DNA of 64,000 nt from an uncultured virus (IMG/VR IMGVR_UViG_3300009169_000002) (lineage: Duplodnaviria; Heunggongvirae; Uroviricota; Caudoviricetes). The position numbers and the translations under genes were made by a program. Below, piece after piece: positions 48,341 to 58,118 of this stretch (position 1 is the stretch's first letter; each line of letters starts with the position of its first letter). The DNA lies in IMG/VR virus record IMGVR_UViG_3300009169_000002; one strand, given 5' to 3'. The notes below the pieces were generated by a model that saw only the letters and a list, made by a program, of their open reading frames with translations, was not told the origin of the DNA and ran no database searches.

Positions 48341-49138
48341 TTACGAGCGCGGCTGCTGCCACGGAGGAACTGCGCCCTGCGCCGGGTGTGCCGGCTGCGG
48401 AGGCGTCGGTGCGGCAGCGGGTGCGGCACCCTGCTGCGGGGGCTGCGCCTGCCAGGCTTGACCACCGTTCGGCGGCGTCCACGGACCGGGAGCGGGTCCA
48501 GGGCCTGCCTCGGGTGCTGCGGGTGCTGCGGCCCACGGCTGAGCGGCTGCCGGAGGTGCCCAAGCACCCTGTGGCGGCTGCTGCGGTGCTGCCTGCGGTG
48601 CAGGAGGAGCACCCCACTGCTGAGCAGGGGCAACCGGCGGCGGCGCACCCCAACCCGCAGGCGCTGCGGCAGGGGGAGGCGGATACGCGCCCGGCTGCGG
48701 GTACGCAGCGGGAGCAGCGGCGACCGCGGAACTGCCAACGACCTCGTTGACGTTCTTGTACGAGGTGACCTCATTGTTGTCCTCGTACTCGCCGTCACCC
48801 TTCCGCAGCTTGACCTTCAGCTGGAGCGGGATGCCGTGGAGCTGCGAGCTGTCCGCGACCTGCAACACGCCGACAGCGTGGGCAATCGCGCTGAGCTGCT
48901 TGAACCCGATCTCCTGCGCGACAGCGTTCGCGTTGCGCAGGTTGAGGCGCGTGAACAGCTTCCGTCCCATGTAGGGACCGTCGATGATGGTGAAGCGGCA
49001 GTTCAAGTAGGCGCCGTCGCCAGCCTTGGTGGGCTTCATTTCCGATTCGTCCATCACCGCCTTGTACCAACCTGCCGGCACGGGGTCGAACCCGATGTCG
49101 TGCGGGACGTTGGTTGCGTCGAAATTCAGCTGAGCCAT
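48341..49138 (-). CDS. single-stranded DNA-binding protein (DUF669-type)
   Basis: FDPVPAGWY..GRKLF.RLNL.N.N..A; Pro/Ala/Gln tail ending PPW. Confidence 0.85.
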   Translation of the reverse strand: MAQLNFDATNVPHDIGFDPVPAGWYKAVMDESEMKPTKAGDGAYLNCRFTIIDGPYMGRKLFTRLNLRNANAVAQEIGFKQLSAIAHAVGVLQVADSSQLHGIPLQLKVKLRKGDGEYEDNNEVTSYKNVNEVVGSSAVAAAPAAYPQPGAYPPPPAAAPAGWGAPPPVAPAQQWGAPPAPQAAPQQPPQGAWAPPAAAQPWAAAPAAPEAGPGPAPGPWTPPNGGQAWQAQPPQQGAAPAAAPTPPQPAHPAQGAVPPWQQPRS

Positions 49139-49150
49139 GTTGTCTCCTGT

Positions 49151-49987
49151 TTACCTTGTGAACACATCGATTCCGCTTGACTGATGCAGCACGCCTGCAA
49201 GCGTGTTCCAACCATTCGCCGGGGGCGCTGGAATCGTGTATTCCCCCGTGATGCCAAACCTGTTGCCTGCAATATAGCCCGGCGTCCGCGAGAAGCCAAG
49301 GACTCGTCCCTTGTTCTGCGAGACTGCCTTGACCATACCTTCCGCTTTGCTAACGAAGACGGGTTCGTACAGGAAGCCGACGATGTCCGCCCACTGCGTG
49401 ATGCGTTCGCGCTTGCCGTACGTTTTCTGATTCTTGGGGGAGTGCAGCAGCAAGTCCCACGAGTCGTATTCACCGGACGTCGGGTCCATTACTTTGGACG
49501 CGAATACGTGGCACGTTATCACGATGTTGATGCCTGCATACACAGCGAGCGAGTCGCACATTTGCAGGAACTGGTCGAACTCCTCGTTGGCGAGGTTGTA
49601 CGCTTTGCCGTAGCCACCGTGGGCGCTTTCCATGGTGATGACTTTCTTGCTGCCCGGACGGTACGCAGGGTCACGCCGAATTATAGCGTCGTGGATGGAG
49701 CGCTCGAGTGCAGTACCGCTGTCGAATATGATTGTGCGGTAGGCGAACTGACCGCGCTGTGCAGCCTGCGTCACCTCCGCCATGAACTGCAAGAGTTCTT
49801 CCCACGTCTGAAGCATCGGTGTCTTGGCGACGTTCACGCCACCGAACCCAACCTCGAGCGGGACAAGCAACGCGCCCGGAGCACCGGCGCACAGGGTTGT
49901 CTTGCCCATTTTTTCTTGACCTGCGACGACGATGCGGAGGCCGCTACGTGTCACGCCAGTTGAAACCGATCCGAGGATGCTGCTCAT
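49151..49987 (-). CDS. Sak4-like ATPase (AAA_24)
   Basis: GQEKMGKTT; IIFDS; GGYGKAY; WAD; AGNRFG; next to SSB. Confidence 0.85.
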   Translation of the reverse strand: MSSILGSVSTGVTRSGLRIVVAGQEKMGKTTLCAGAPGALLVPLEVGFGGVNVAKTPMLQTWEELLQFMAEVTQAAQRGQFAYRTIIFDSGTALERSIHDAIIRRDPAYRPGSKKVITMESAHGGYGKAYNLANEEFDQFLQMCDSLAVYAGINIVITCHVFASKVMDPTSGEYDSWDLLLHSPKNQKTYGKRERITQWADIVGFLYEPVFVSKAEGMVKAVSQNKGRVLGFSRTPGYIAGNRFGITGEYTIPAPPANGWNTLAGVLHQSSGIDVFTR

Positions 49988-50011
49988 TGTTGTCCCTTAG
50001 TAGAGCGAAAC

Positions 50012-50040
50012 ATTATACGGTGTTCTCGTAGTTCCTGCAA
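50012..50040 (-). promoter_or_regulatory. sigma70-like promoter
   Basis: TTGCAG-N17-TATAAT. Confidence 0.75.
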
Positions 50041-50045
50041 TGCAA

Positions 50046-50276
50046 TCACGTTGCGAGCGTAGCTCCGCACTCCGGGCATTCTGCGGGGAAGGTTTCTATC
50101 TTGTCCTCCGCATCTTGAAGTTCTTCTTGCAGCGATAACTCCATTTCTCCGCGACGAGTCAACACTTCCTGCATGTGCGGACCCACACCTCGGATCAACC
50201 TGAGCTCCGCATAATGCTCGAACTCTTCAACGGAGAGGTGCTTCGCCTGTTCCTGCGTAAATTTGAACTGATGCAT
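50046..50276 (-). CDS. hypothetical protein
   Basis: 76 aa; CPECG. Confidence 0.55.
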   Translation of the reverse strand: MHQFKFTQEQAKHLSVEEFEHYAELRLIRGVGPHMQEVLTRRGEMELSLQEELQDAEDKIETFPAECPECGATLAT

Positions 50277-50277
50277 G

Positions 50278-51162
50278 TTAGAGGTCCGCGCTGTCTCGGA
50301 AGCCTTTGAACACGGGGAAGCGCGGCGCCACTTTGACACCGAGCTCGAACGACTTGTACGTCACGAGCATACCGATGAGCGCGTTCCCCATCGTCCACAA
50401 CCGCTTGCGCAGCGCGTCGTCATAGCCCGTGCCGATGCTGAACTCAACCCCTGTCTTGATGTCCCTGACGCGCAGTGCGCCAAGCGTGTCCATCGGTACG
50501 AGGTTGGCCTTGTGCGAGCTACGCTCCGTGCGGCCGAGCGCGTTGATGGTGGCCTCGTTGCCGTTGTGCATGCGCTCCTCCAAGCCGATGACCACAGCTT
50601 CCGCGTCTGCGAATCGCTTGACCTTGAGCAGCGTTCCTTCGCGTGCGGTGCTGCGACCGTACTTGTATGGACCGTTTACGCTGCGCAGCATCACGCCTTC
50701 GAAACCCTGCCCCACGATGCTAGACTCGTAGACGGCCAGTTCTTCCGCGTTGTGGAGCAGCACTTGCGTGAGCAGTCGCACGCGCGGGTGACGCTCGAGG
50801 AACGCTGTGGTCAACCCCGTGTGCAGACCCTTCAGCCTGTAGCTGTAGGGCTGCGTCGGGTCGTTCCAGTAGTCGAACACCCAGAACACGAAGTCCGGCA
50901 CACCGTCGCGCGACATGACGCCGCTCGTGGTCGCTTGCATCACGTTGGGCGCGTTAGCGGGTCCAACCGTAAGCTCACCGTCGAGGCCTTCCAACGCTTC
51001 CAAGTCCATCGAGTCCTGTACGAACCCGTTCGGTATCGGTTTGAGGGAGCGGGACAGGAGCAGCCCGTCCTTCACTACCGCACGAATCCCGTCAATCTTC
51101 GGACTCGCATAAACAGGGAAGACTATTTGGGCAGGGGCCTCGACGGCAAGCATAGGTTTCAT
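50278..51162 (-). CDS. ATP-dependent DNA ligase
   Basis: SPKIDGIR, DGEL, VFD, EGVMLR, LLKVK, PRFP. Confidence 0.95.
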   Translation of the reverse strand: MKPMLAVEAPAQIVFPVYASPKIDGIRAVVKDGLLLSRSLKPIPNGFVQDSMDLEALEGLDGELTVGPANAPNVMQATTSGVMSRDGVPDFVFWVFDYWNDPTQPYSYRLKGLHTGLTTAFLERHPRVRLLTQVLLHNAEELAVYESSIVGQGFEGVMLRSVNGPYKYGRSTAREGTLLKVKRFADAEAVVIGLEERMHNGNEATINALGRTERSSHKANLVPMDTLGALRVRDIKTGVEFSIGTGYDDALRKRLWTMGNALIGMLVTYKSFELGVKVAPRFPVFKGFRDSADL

Positions 51163-51362
51163 GCGATTCGCTCCATTCGGTACTGCATTGCACCGTTAGG
51201 CAGAGGATAGCAGAACAAAGCTGCAACGGGCAAGCCCAAAGTTCTACGCACAGCAATCGTAAGTGGCTTTGGGGGAATCACACTTACTTCTGAATCAGCT
51301 ATGAACTGCTCCGTGCGCTTGCGAGCAACACGTTCGGCTTCTGCAACCTGCCATGACTTCAT
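51159..51362 (-). CDS. hypothetical protein
   Basis: ATGA overlap with ligase. Confidence 0.5.
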   Translation of the reverse strand: MKSWQVAEAERVARKRTEQFIADSEVSVIPPKPLTIAVRRTLGLPVAALFCYPLPNGAMQYRMERIA

Positions 51363-51377
51363 TGTTCTAACCCCTTA

Positions 51378-51408
51378 GAAAAGTTCCCCCGCCGAAGCGG
51401 GGGAACTC
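51378..51408 (-). terminator. intrinsic terminator
   Basis: AGTTCCCCCGC-TTCG-GCGGGGGAACT then TTT. Confidence 0.75.
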
Positions 51409-51482
51409 TCATTCATCGATCGGCTGAACGTCGAACGTTAGGTCAACGCCGATCTTGAAACAGCCGATTGTGAGTCGGCCCT

Positions 51483-51809
51483 TTACTCGACCGCGCCATC
51501 CGTCGGGGCATCCGGAGGGCTGATGTCGAAAGTCTGGTTGTCGACCTCGAGGAAACCGGACTCGTTGCCTGCGTCGTCCACCGCAGTGATGTGGATGTCG
51601 TACTGCCCGTCCAGGCCCTGCGCCTGCGGGATGTTCGAGAACGGGATGCGGCTGTAGCCGTCCGCGTCCACCACCGGCGGGGGCAGGTCATCGAACGGGG
51701 TGTCGTACACCGCTTCCGTGTTCGCCGGGCGAATGCGGATGCGGTTCAGCACCACATCCGCAGCCGTCGACTGACGGAAGCGGAGGGTGAGTTCCTTGAT
51801 CTTGGCCAT
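51483..51809 (-). CDS. FN3-like domain protein
   Basis: YDIHITAVDDAGNES; RBS CAGGAG. Confidence 0.7.
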   Translation of the reverse strand: MAKIKELTLRFRQSTAADVVLNRIRIRPANTEAVYDTPFDDLPPPVVDADGYSRIPFSNIPQAQGLDGQYDIHITAVDDAGNESGFLEVDNQTFDISPPDAPTDGAVE

Positions 51810-51825
51810 GTCGTCGTTTCTCCTG

Positions 51826-52227
51826 TTACGGGGTTTCGATTGCACCGTCCGATGGCGCCTCAATTGTGCCATCGGTTGGTCCGGGGAATCGGACAGTCGT
51901 ACACGCGACGCCCGAGTAATCTGATTCAGCGTTCTTAGCGTCCACCGCTGTGACTGCATAACACTGTTCGCCGCGCGGTTCGGTTACGAGCTTGAGCTCG
52001 AGCCCTGCTGTTTCTGCAAGCCGCGTAAAGCCGTCTGTGACCTTGCGATATACGCGGTACTTGACGGGCTTCTGGTCTGTCGCGATGACGGTGCTGTCTA
52101 CGTTGTGCGTCGGTGCAGTCCACGACAAGCACACCTCATGCGACTTGCATGTCAGCGTCTGTGCGGGTGTGACCACAGCGTACAGCAACGCCGCGAGCCC
52201 GAGTATGATAGCGTAGCGCAGCGGCAT
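51826..52227 (-). CDS. exported FN3-like protein
   Basis: Signal peptide; LSWTAP..YRVYR..YAVTAVD..ESDYS. Confidence 0.75.
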   Translation of the reverse strand: MPLRYAIILGLAALLYAVVTPAQTLTCKSHEVCLSWTAPTHNVDSTVIATDQKPVKYRVYRKVTDGFTRLAETAGLELKLVTEPRGEQCYAVTAVDAKNAESDYSGVACTTVRFPGPTDGTIEAPSDGAIETP

Positions 52228-52283
52228 GCAGAAATACCCAACGGGCGGCGGGGACAACAGCTTGCGCGCAAAGCTGCGCACGG

Positions 52284-52724
52284 TCAACCCTGTTCTGCTT
52301 TACGACGCGCACGCATTGCGGTCTTCGCACGTTGATCGCATGCACGGTTCGCAGCGAAGCGCGGCTCTGCATGTGCGGTGTGCCCCTTCACATGCTTGAA
52401 GCGGACGGTGATCTTGCCACGCTTGCACAGCGAGTGAAACACGTCCGTGACTGGACACTTGGGAGTGGCTTGCAGCAACTCGATGGCGCCCATGCAGTCC
52501 GTCTGGATTAGCACCTCGTCGCCTGCCTCGATTAGCTTGTGCTTGAATCCATCGAGCAGCGCGTTACAGACCGCCATCATCTCCGCAAGCATGGAGCTCG
52601 ACACCTTGTCGCGCATCGGTCCTCCGCCCGGGAGCTTGCCGCGTTCGCAGGCTATCCAATAGCCGTAACCTGCGACGCGGTGCTCGGGGCAGAAAGAAGC
52701 GTCCGCTATGATGGTGACGCGCAT
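52284..52724 (-). CDS. RNase H-like protein
   Basis: IADAS; AEMMA; IQTDC; HVKGH; N.ACD.RA. Confidence 0.85.
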   Translation of the reverse strand: MRVTIIADASFCPEHRVAGYGYWIACERGKLPGGGPMRDKVSSSMLAEMMAVCNALLDGFKHKLIEAGDEVLIQTDCMGAIELLQATPKCPVTDVFHSLCKRGKITVRFKHVKGHTAHAEPRFAANRACDQRAKTAMRARRKAEQG

Positions 52725-52728
52725 TCGC

Positions 52729-53151
52729 TCACGTCGCAGCTTTCGCCGGCAGCACAATCTCGAGCGACGGGGTTTCCGACGGCTTGACGATCAAGCACTG
52801 GTCGAACAACCGCGTCTGTTCCGTCGTGAGCTTGCGGTACTCGCGCACAGCGAGCTCGGGCTTGCGCACGATGAGCGAGTCGACTGCAATGTGCTGCTCG
52901 CGGAACGAGGGCGCGAGTGTGGTCAACGCTGCCTCGTCCACCTTGCGTTCAATCTTGTACGTGGCCTTCAGCGCATACCCGTCCGGGAGCGTGAACGTGT
53001 TGGTGCCTTCGCTCGGTGTTGGGAAGTAGTGACCGAAAATCTTCTTCCGCAGCAGCACCTCGCTCGCTTTGAGCTTCGCCAAGTCCTCGTGCATCTTGTA
53101 CCAGGCCATCAGGTCGTTGATGGTGACGGGGTTGTCGGGGAGTTGGGTCAT
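52729..53151 (-). CDS. hypothetical replication-region protein
   Basis: 140 aa in operon. Confidence 0.7.
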   Translation of the reverse strand: MTQLPDNPVTINDLMAWYKMHEDLAKLKASEVLLRKKIFGHYFPTPSEGTNTFTLPDGYALKATYKIERKVDEAALTTLAPSFREQHIAVDSLIVRKPELAVREYRKLTTEQTRLFDQCLIVKPSETPSLEIVLPAKAAT

Positions 53152-53762
53152 TTCGTTTTCTCCACCGTAACAGTGAAGCCTGGGAGGTGTATTACGATCG
53201 GGTCCATCGGCGCGTCTGATGACTGCGGACCTCCTTTTGCAATTGCTTCCAGGATTGCGGAAGCGGGGAGCGAGCCCACAACCTCGCGCTCGATGGGTTC
53301 AATTGGTTCGGGCTGTCCGAAGAACTTGCGCTCGATGCCCGGCGCCTTGTCCGCTTGTGCGTGCGCCTGTGCGTCGCTGTACTTGCCGTCAGCGTAGCGC
53401 TTGCGCAGCTTCAGCACGTTCTGCGCGACCACCTCGTCGTCGGTGATGTCCAGCATGTTGAGCAGCGCTTGGTAATAGAAGCGCAGGTCACCGAGCTCCT
53501 CGATGAGGTGCGCGATGTTCAGCGGCTTATTGTTTGCCCACACTTTCTTGGACAGGTCGAGCAGTTCGCCTGCTTCACCTGCGATGCCCGTGCAAGCGTG
53601 GTGCATTTCGTCCGCCACTGTGGGCATCTCTTTCATGAGGTGCATCACGAACTCGTGGTACTCGGGCAGCACTTCCTTCGCCATGGAGATACCGACGTCT
53701 TCAGCGTCGAGCTCCAAACGGTTATGCACTTCGGCCGGGACTTGGATCTTAAATTTCGCCAT
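53148..53762 (-). CDS. mazG: MazG-like nucleotide pyrophosphohydrolase
   Basis: GIAGEAGELLD..KK..EELGDL..N..KLRKRY. Confidence 0.88.
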   Translation of the reverse strand: MAKFKIQVPAEVHNRLELDAEDVGISMAKEVLPEYHEFVMHLMKEMPTVADEMHHACTGIAGEAGELLDLSKKVWANNKPLNIAHLIEELGDLRFYYQALLNMLDITDDEVVAQNVLKLRKRYADGKYSDAQAHAQADKAPGIERKFFGQPEPIEPIEREVVGSLPASAILEAIAKGGPQSSDAPMDPIVIHLPGFTVTVEKTK

Positions 53763-53822
53763 CTGCGGTCTCCCTGTTAACTGAAACGAATTTTACGAGG
53801 TGCAACGGAATCACTGCAAGCC

Positions 53823-56192
53823 CTATCCACCGTTGCTCGGGAACGCTTCGAGGATGCGGTAGCACTTACCGTGAAACCCGTAGGCGTCGACCATCTTGTC
53901 CTTCTGCACTTCCATGACGTAACCGTTGTCGACCAAGCTGCGCATGACTTGCTTCGTTGCTTCCGTGCTGCCACCCTTGTGCGCTGTGAACGCAGGCAAG
54001 CGCTGGCACTTTTTCTGGATGAGCGAGTGCGGGAAGATTGCATTGTCGCGCATGGCAGGCGGAACCTTGTACCCGGGCGGCACACCGTTCAAGAAGTAGT
54101 CGCGTATGATGCTGACGACCTTGTTCTCGCGGCTCGTGTCGTCCGTACCGACGTCACCCTCGTCCAACTTGCGCTGCATGATACCGATGTCGCGGCGCAC
54201 CACGAGCAGCGCCCACTCCAAATGCTCGAGGGTTATGCATGGGTGCGCGAAGTTGTCCCCGACCGCGAGCAACGCGCTGAGGCGCATTACCTTGAGCGAC
54301 GCGCGGTTCCACATCTGCCGCCAGCTTTCGTCCTTGGTCTTGTTGATCTGCGTGTCGCACTCCTGCTCGAATGCCCACATGACTTGTGCAGCGTCCGCAG
54401 CAATGCTGACGGGTACGCTTTGGTTCGTACCGATTTTGCCCTGTGCAGTGGATGCCATGGCGCCTAAGTATTCGCTTACGACCTGTGGCGGCTCGCGGAG
54501 TTGGTTGCGGTTCAGTGCAGGTCGTTCGCCCGTGTACTCCACAATGATGAAGCGCGACAGGAACCCGTCCTCCATCATGGACTCGGTCAGCGACGTGTAA
54601 AAGGTCTTCGGGGTCGTCTCGCCAATCATGCTGTACGCGACACCGCTCACGCTCTGGATGTTGCTGTCCTTGTTCGAGTACGTGATGCCACCGACGATCG
54701 CGCTCGGACCGGACTTCTGGTACAGGTCCGTCATTGTCCTGCGCAGTGTGGACATCGAGGTGTCGCGTCCGTCGTCCACAGCAAGCCGACGCAGCTTGTG
54801 TCCCCACTCACCGCACACGTTCACGAAGCATGTGTTCGCTGCGCACGCTTTAATGAGCGCAGGCCCGGAAGCGAAGTCGCTGAAGTCCACGAACATTTGG
54901 ATTGCTGGCGAGCGTTGCGACGCTGCCTTGACTAGCGCGCTGACGCCGCTGTGCATTGCTTCCTTGCCGATAGCAGACTGCGCGACGAGGATCATGTAAA
55001 TGTTCAAGCCGCTGTTCGGGATGTGCCACGCCTTAGCGCTCAACCCTGCAAGCAACCCCAGAGCACCAACGATTGCGACCTCCTTCACGGGGCGCGGTGC
55101 GCTGTCGTATATGAACTGCGCTAGCACGCGCGTGAACCCGGGCGGCCATGGTAACCCCTGCTCCCCTGCGATCGCGCTCGCAGCGCTAGCGGGTGCGGCA
55201 AGCGCTGCTGCGACCGGGGGCGGCACTGGTGAGGGTTCGGCAATGGTCAGCTGAGTGCGGCGCATGTCGCCGAGCGCACGCACGCTGCTGTCGATGCCCT
55301 TGACTTCCGACTTGTCCTCGTTGGCTTGGCGTGTGCGGATGGTAACGAGCGTGAGGTTGAGGTATCGGTCGTTCTTCTGCGACTTCTCCCGCTGCCCGAG
55401 CGCCGACTTGCGGAACAACCTGCGGCACTGTTCGTTCGACTTGCTGTAGAACGTGAACATGGACATGAGCGCAAGGTCCGCTTCCGACTGCGAAGGGTAG
55501 CCCAAGCGCTGCCACTCGCCGCGCCACAGCGCTTGGAAGTTCAGCGCGTTGTCTGCTGCCCAGGCGCGCTCCATTAGCACCTCGTCGGTGATGGTTGCTT
55601 CCACTTCCTCGAGCTTGATAGCGTCGACACGCTCACGCGCTGTGAGGTACATGGACGCGAACGCATTCACCCACTCGTTGCGCTCACGTATCGGACGGTC
55701 GAGCGCGATGTTACCCGTGCAGATAATGTAGCGGCCCGACGTGTACGCTTCGACGTTGTCACGACGGTAACCCTTGCTCAGCGTTGCACGGGTCCAGATG
55801 TGCAACCCCTTGCCCGACTGCGAGGTCTCCGCATACGTGTCGAAGTTCTGCGCAATCTCCCATATCCAATTGAACTGGTCCGGGTGCGTCCACTTGGACT
55901 CGTCAATGGGTTCGCCTTTCTTGCGCTGCGACTCCGCGTCGCGCACGTCGAAGTCGATGCAGCAGTACGGGTCTGAGTCGCAGAGCACAAACCCCACACC
56001 ATACCCCCGCTGCTGCGCGTGGTGAGCCGCAACCTCGAAGGGTAACCATTGCTCGGGGTTAACCGAGCTCGCTGCGTATAGCTGTCCGTGGGCGTCTACC
56101 GACAGAGGGGTCTTGTCCGGGGCTGCGATAACCCACTGCGGAAGACCTCGAAGCTCTGCGGGTATGCGGCCCCAATTGGCCGCTGATGTCAC
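53823..56192 (-). CDS. primase-polymerase/helicase (Prim-Pol-like plus DUF3987-like)
   Basis: IPAELRGLPQWV; IDFD; SQSGKGLHIW; SQSEADLAL; AQSAIGKE; DGFLSRF. Confidence 0.88.
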   Translation of the reverse strand: MTSAANWGRIPAELRGLPQWVIAAPDKTPLSVDAHGQLYAASSVNPEQWLPFEVAAHHAQQRGYGVGFVLCDSDPYCCIDFDVRDAESQRKKGEPIDESKWTHPDQFNWIWEIAQNFDTYAETSQSGKGLHIWTRATLSKGYRRDNVEAYTSGRYIICTGNIALDRPIRERNEWVNAFASMYLTARERVDAIKLEEVEATITDEVLMERAWAADNALNFQALWRGEWQRLGYPSQSEADLALMSMFTFYSKSNEQCRRLFRKSALGQREKSQKNDRYLNLTLVTIRTRQANEDKSEVKGIDSSVRALGDMRRTQLTIAEPSPVPPPVAAALAAPASAASAIAGEQGLPWPPGFTRVLAQFIYDSAPRPVKEVAIVGALGLLAGLSAKAWHIPNSGLNIYMILVAQSAIGKEAMHSGVSALVKAASQRSPAIQMFVDFSDFASGPALIKACAANTCFVNVCGEWGHKLRRLAVDDGRDTSMSTLRRTMTDLYQKSGPSAIVGGITYSNKDSNIQSVSGVAYSMIGETTPKTFYTSLTESMMEDGFLSRFIIVEYTGERPALNRNQLREPPQVVSEYLGAMASTAQGKIGTNQSVPVSIAADAAQVMWAFEQECDTQINKTKDESWRQMWNRASLKVMRLSALLAVGDNFAHPCITLEHLEWALLVVRRDIGIMQRKLDEGDVGTDDTSRENKVVSIIRDYFLNGVPPGYKVPPAMRDNAIFPHSLIQKKCQRLPAFTAHKGGSTEATKQVMRSLVDNGYVMEVQKDKMVDAYGFHGKCYRILEAFPSNGG

Positions 56193-56434
56193 GCGCGTTT
56201 CTCCCGCCTAGCTTTGAGCTTGTGCTCCCACGCTTGCAGGCAGGGCTCCGCAGCCGCTCGCTCCCACACGTAAACCCCACCCCCGACGGTGATAGGGGCA
56301 GGCAGGTCGCCGCGCTGCTGCGCGAACGTCAGCGTGCAGTGCGCAACGTTTAAGCGCTTGCGTATCTCGAGCCCGGAGATGTACATGAGGTCGAAGCGAT
56401 GCTGTGCAGCTTTATCAGGACTAGCCCCGGGCAT
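56189..56434 (-). CDS. small HTH (AlpA-like) protein
   Basis: EIRKRLNV..RGDLPAPITVG..W. Confidence 0.65.
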   Translation of the reverse strand: MPGASPDKAAQHRFDLMYISGLEIRKRLNVAHCTLTFAQQRGDLPAPITVGGGVYVWERAAAEPCLQAWEHKLKARREKRA

Positions 56435-56519
56435 GATTATTCTCGTTGCGACCGAATGGTGAGGGGGCACGCATTATGTGGGGTAGCACACACAAGCTGC
56501 AAGCGATTCCTTGCGGAAC

Positions 56520-57113
56520 TCAAGCGGGGCGAACAGGTCGCTCCGTCGCTTTCGCGCGTTTGAACTCGCTACGTGCTTCCTCGACGTAGCTGTCCCACTG
56601 CGCAAGCGCTTCCTTGCGCGCGGACACACGTCGACGCCACTCGATATTCCAGCCCTCAATCCACGCCTCCCGCGCTGCGCAGTCCTGCTCCCACGCCTCG
56701 AGCGCAGGGTTGCTGAGCACAGTCGGCGCAGGCTTGTCAACCTTTTTAGATTTGCGTCCAGGCTTGCGCTTGGTCTGGTCCTTGGTGTATCCTTCAGCAT
56801 GGATTTGGAGCGCAGCCAAGGAGAGCACAACCTTCCCGCCGATGTACGGGGACGGGCGGTTCCAGCAATGTGGCCACCAACTGAGAATGAACTCCTGCTG
56901 ATCCACGGGGAGCATCTTGATCTCAGCGTACTGCTCCGCGGTCGGCCCCTCGGAACCGCCGCCAAACACAAACGCTTCGGGCGTGCTTGTAACGGGCGGG
57001 AGCTCGTTGTGCGTGATTGCAGCCGGCGGCAGACCCGTCGTGCCTTCTGGTAAATCATTCGGAGGCGCTCCGAGATCAAACGGAACGCCGGGAGGCCTCA
57101 TATCATTTGCCAT
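56520..57113 (-). CDS. hypothetical protein
   Basis: 197 aa; starts at edge of repeat array. Confidence 0.7.
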   Translation of the reverse strand: MANDMRPPGVPFDLGAPPNDLPEGTTGLPPAAITHNELPPVTSTPEAFVFGGGSEGPTAEQYAEIKMLPVDQQEFILSWWPHCWNRPSPYIGGKVVLSLAALQIHAEGYTKDQTKRKPGRKSKKVDKPAPTVLSNPALEAWEQDCAAREAWIEGWNIEWRRRVSARKEALAQWDSYVEEARSEFKRAKATERPVRPA

Positions 57114-57304
57114 TTTTGAGATCCAATCATGGTTTGAAAATTTTGAGATCTTATCAGACTTTTTGAAAATTTTGAGATCTTATCACCTTTTTTCAAAATT
57201 TTGAGATCTTACGGGGTTTTTGGATTTTTGAGATCTTACGGGGTTTTCCAAATTTTGAGATCTTATCACCTTTTTTGGAAAAGTTGAGATCTTACGGGGT
57301 TCCC
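57113..57304. repeat. seven-copy TTGAGATC(TTA) tandem array, iteron-like
   Basis: Copies at 57116, 57143, 57172, 57201, 57228, 57255, 57284 (period 27-29). Confidence 0.9.
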
Positions 57305-57307
57305 CGG

Positions 57308-57511
57308 TCAGTCGCTGCCCTCCTCGGCCGCCTCGGTCGCCCGGAGCGTGATGTCGTTGTGCCCTGCATCCTCGGCCTGCCGGCGCACCATGCGGTTCGC
57401 GTCCGTTTTGGACCGAGCACGTACCTGCACCACGTACCCGTCACGCTCGTCCCACGCAGGGTAACGGAACGTGACCTTGACGTTGTATTTAAGCCACGAC
57501 ACGGCAGTCAC
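57308..57511 (-). CDS. hypothetical protein
   Basis: GTG start in packed run of small genes. Confidence 0.55.
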   Translation of the reverse strand: MTAVSWLKYNVKVTFRYPAWDERDGYVVQVRARSKTDANRMVRRQAEDAGHNDITLRATEAAEEGSD

Positions 57512-57632
57512 TCTTGAGCGCACCAAAAGGGGCACCACCGCTGAAGCGGGACGCAAGCTTGTACAACCTGCTGTCCCCGATGTAGCGGTGCTCGAGCACA
57601 GTGTAAACCTGTCCACGGTACTTGACGCGCAT
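57489..57632 (-). CDS. hypothetical protein
   Basis: RBS GGAGG. Confidence 0.55.
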   Translation of the reverse strand: MRVKYRGQVYTVLEHRYIGDSRLYKLASRFSGGAPFGALKSDCRVVA

Positions 57633-57633
57633 G

Positions 57634-57849
57634 TTAGCAAACCTCCCGGGCGAACTGTTGCGCCAGCGCAACCCACTCGTCAACCGAGAGGTCGCGCACG
57701 TAGCACACCATTTCGGAGCGCGTGTCATACAGCACCCCGTCATTGAACACAAAAAATTGATAACCCCTGCCACCCCGGAGGGTAACGTGGGGCAACCCCG
57801 CTGCGCGGATTGCTTTGTTAATGCGTGCAGTGCTTGACGTGTGTGTCAT
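57634..57849 (-). CDS. hypothetical protein
   Basis: 71 aa, packed. Confidence 0.6.
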   Translation of the reverse strand: MTHTSSTARINKAIRAAGLPHVTLRGGRGYQFFVFNDGVLYDTRSEMVCYVRDLSVDEWVALAQQFAREVC

Positions 57850-57851
57850 GG

Positions 57852-58118
57852 TTACATCCCGTTGAGCAAGCGTACCGCGTCGGCAAAGCTGTCCGCCTCA
57901 CCCGTGTACCCGCGACCCTCGACCCAAAAGTAGCCCCGGTCCTGCTGCTTGACCACATGGTCACCGCAGTTACGGTGCGTGACTACAAGGTAGTTCCCAA
58001 ACAACCCACCCGAGCGCACGAGGCGCACGTTGGTGAGGTTGCGCATGTGGGCAACACCAACGTAGATGCTGCGGTCACCGCAGTCGACGCTGAAAATGTT
58101 GCTGTAGATGCGTGCCAT
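57852..58118 (-). CDS. hypothetical protein
   Basis: RBS TAAGGAG; promoter TTGACC-N17-TACTAT at 58172-58144. Confidence 0.65.
   Translation of the reverse strand: MARIYSNIFSVDCGDRSIYVGVAHMRNLTNVRLVRSGGLFGNYLVVTHRNCGDHVVKQQDRGYFWVEGRGYTGEADSFADAVRLLNGM

Noticed and set aside
57113..57304. CRISPR array
   Set aside because: Period only 27-29 nt; linkers are repetitive, not unique spacers; no cas operon
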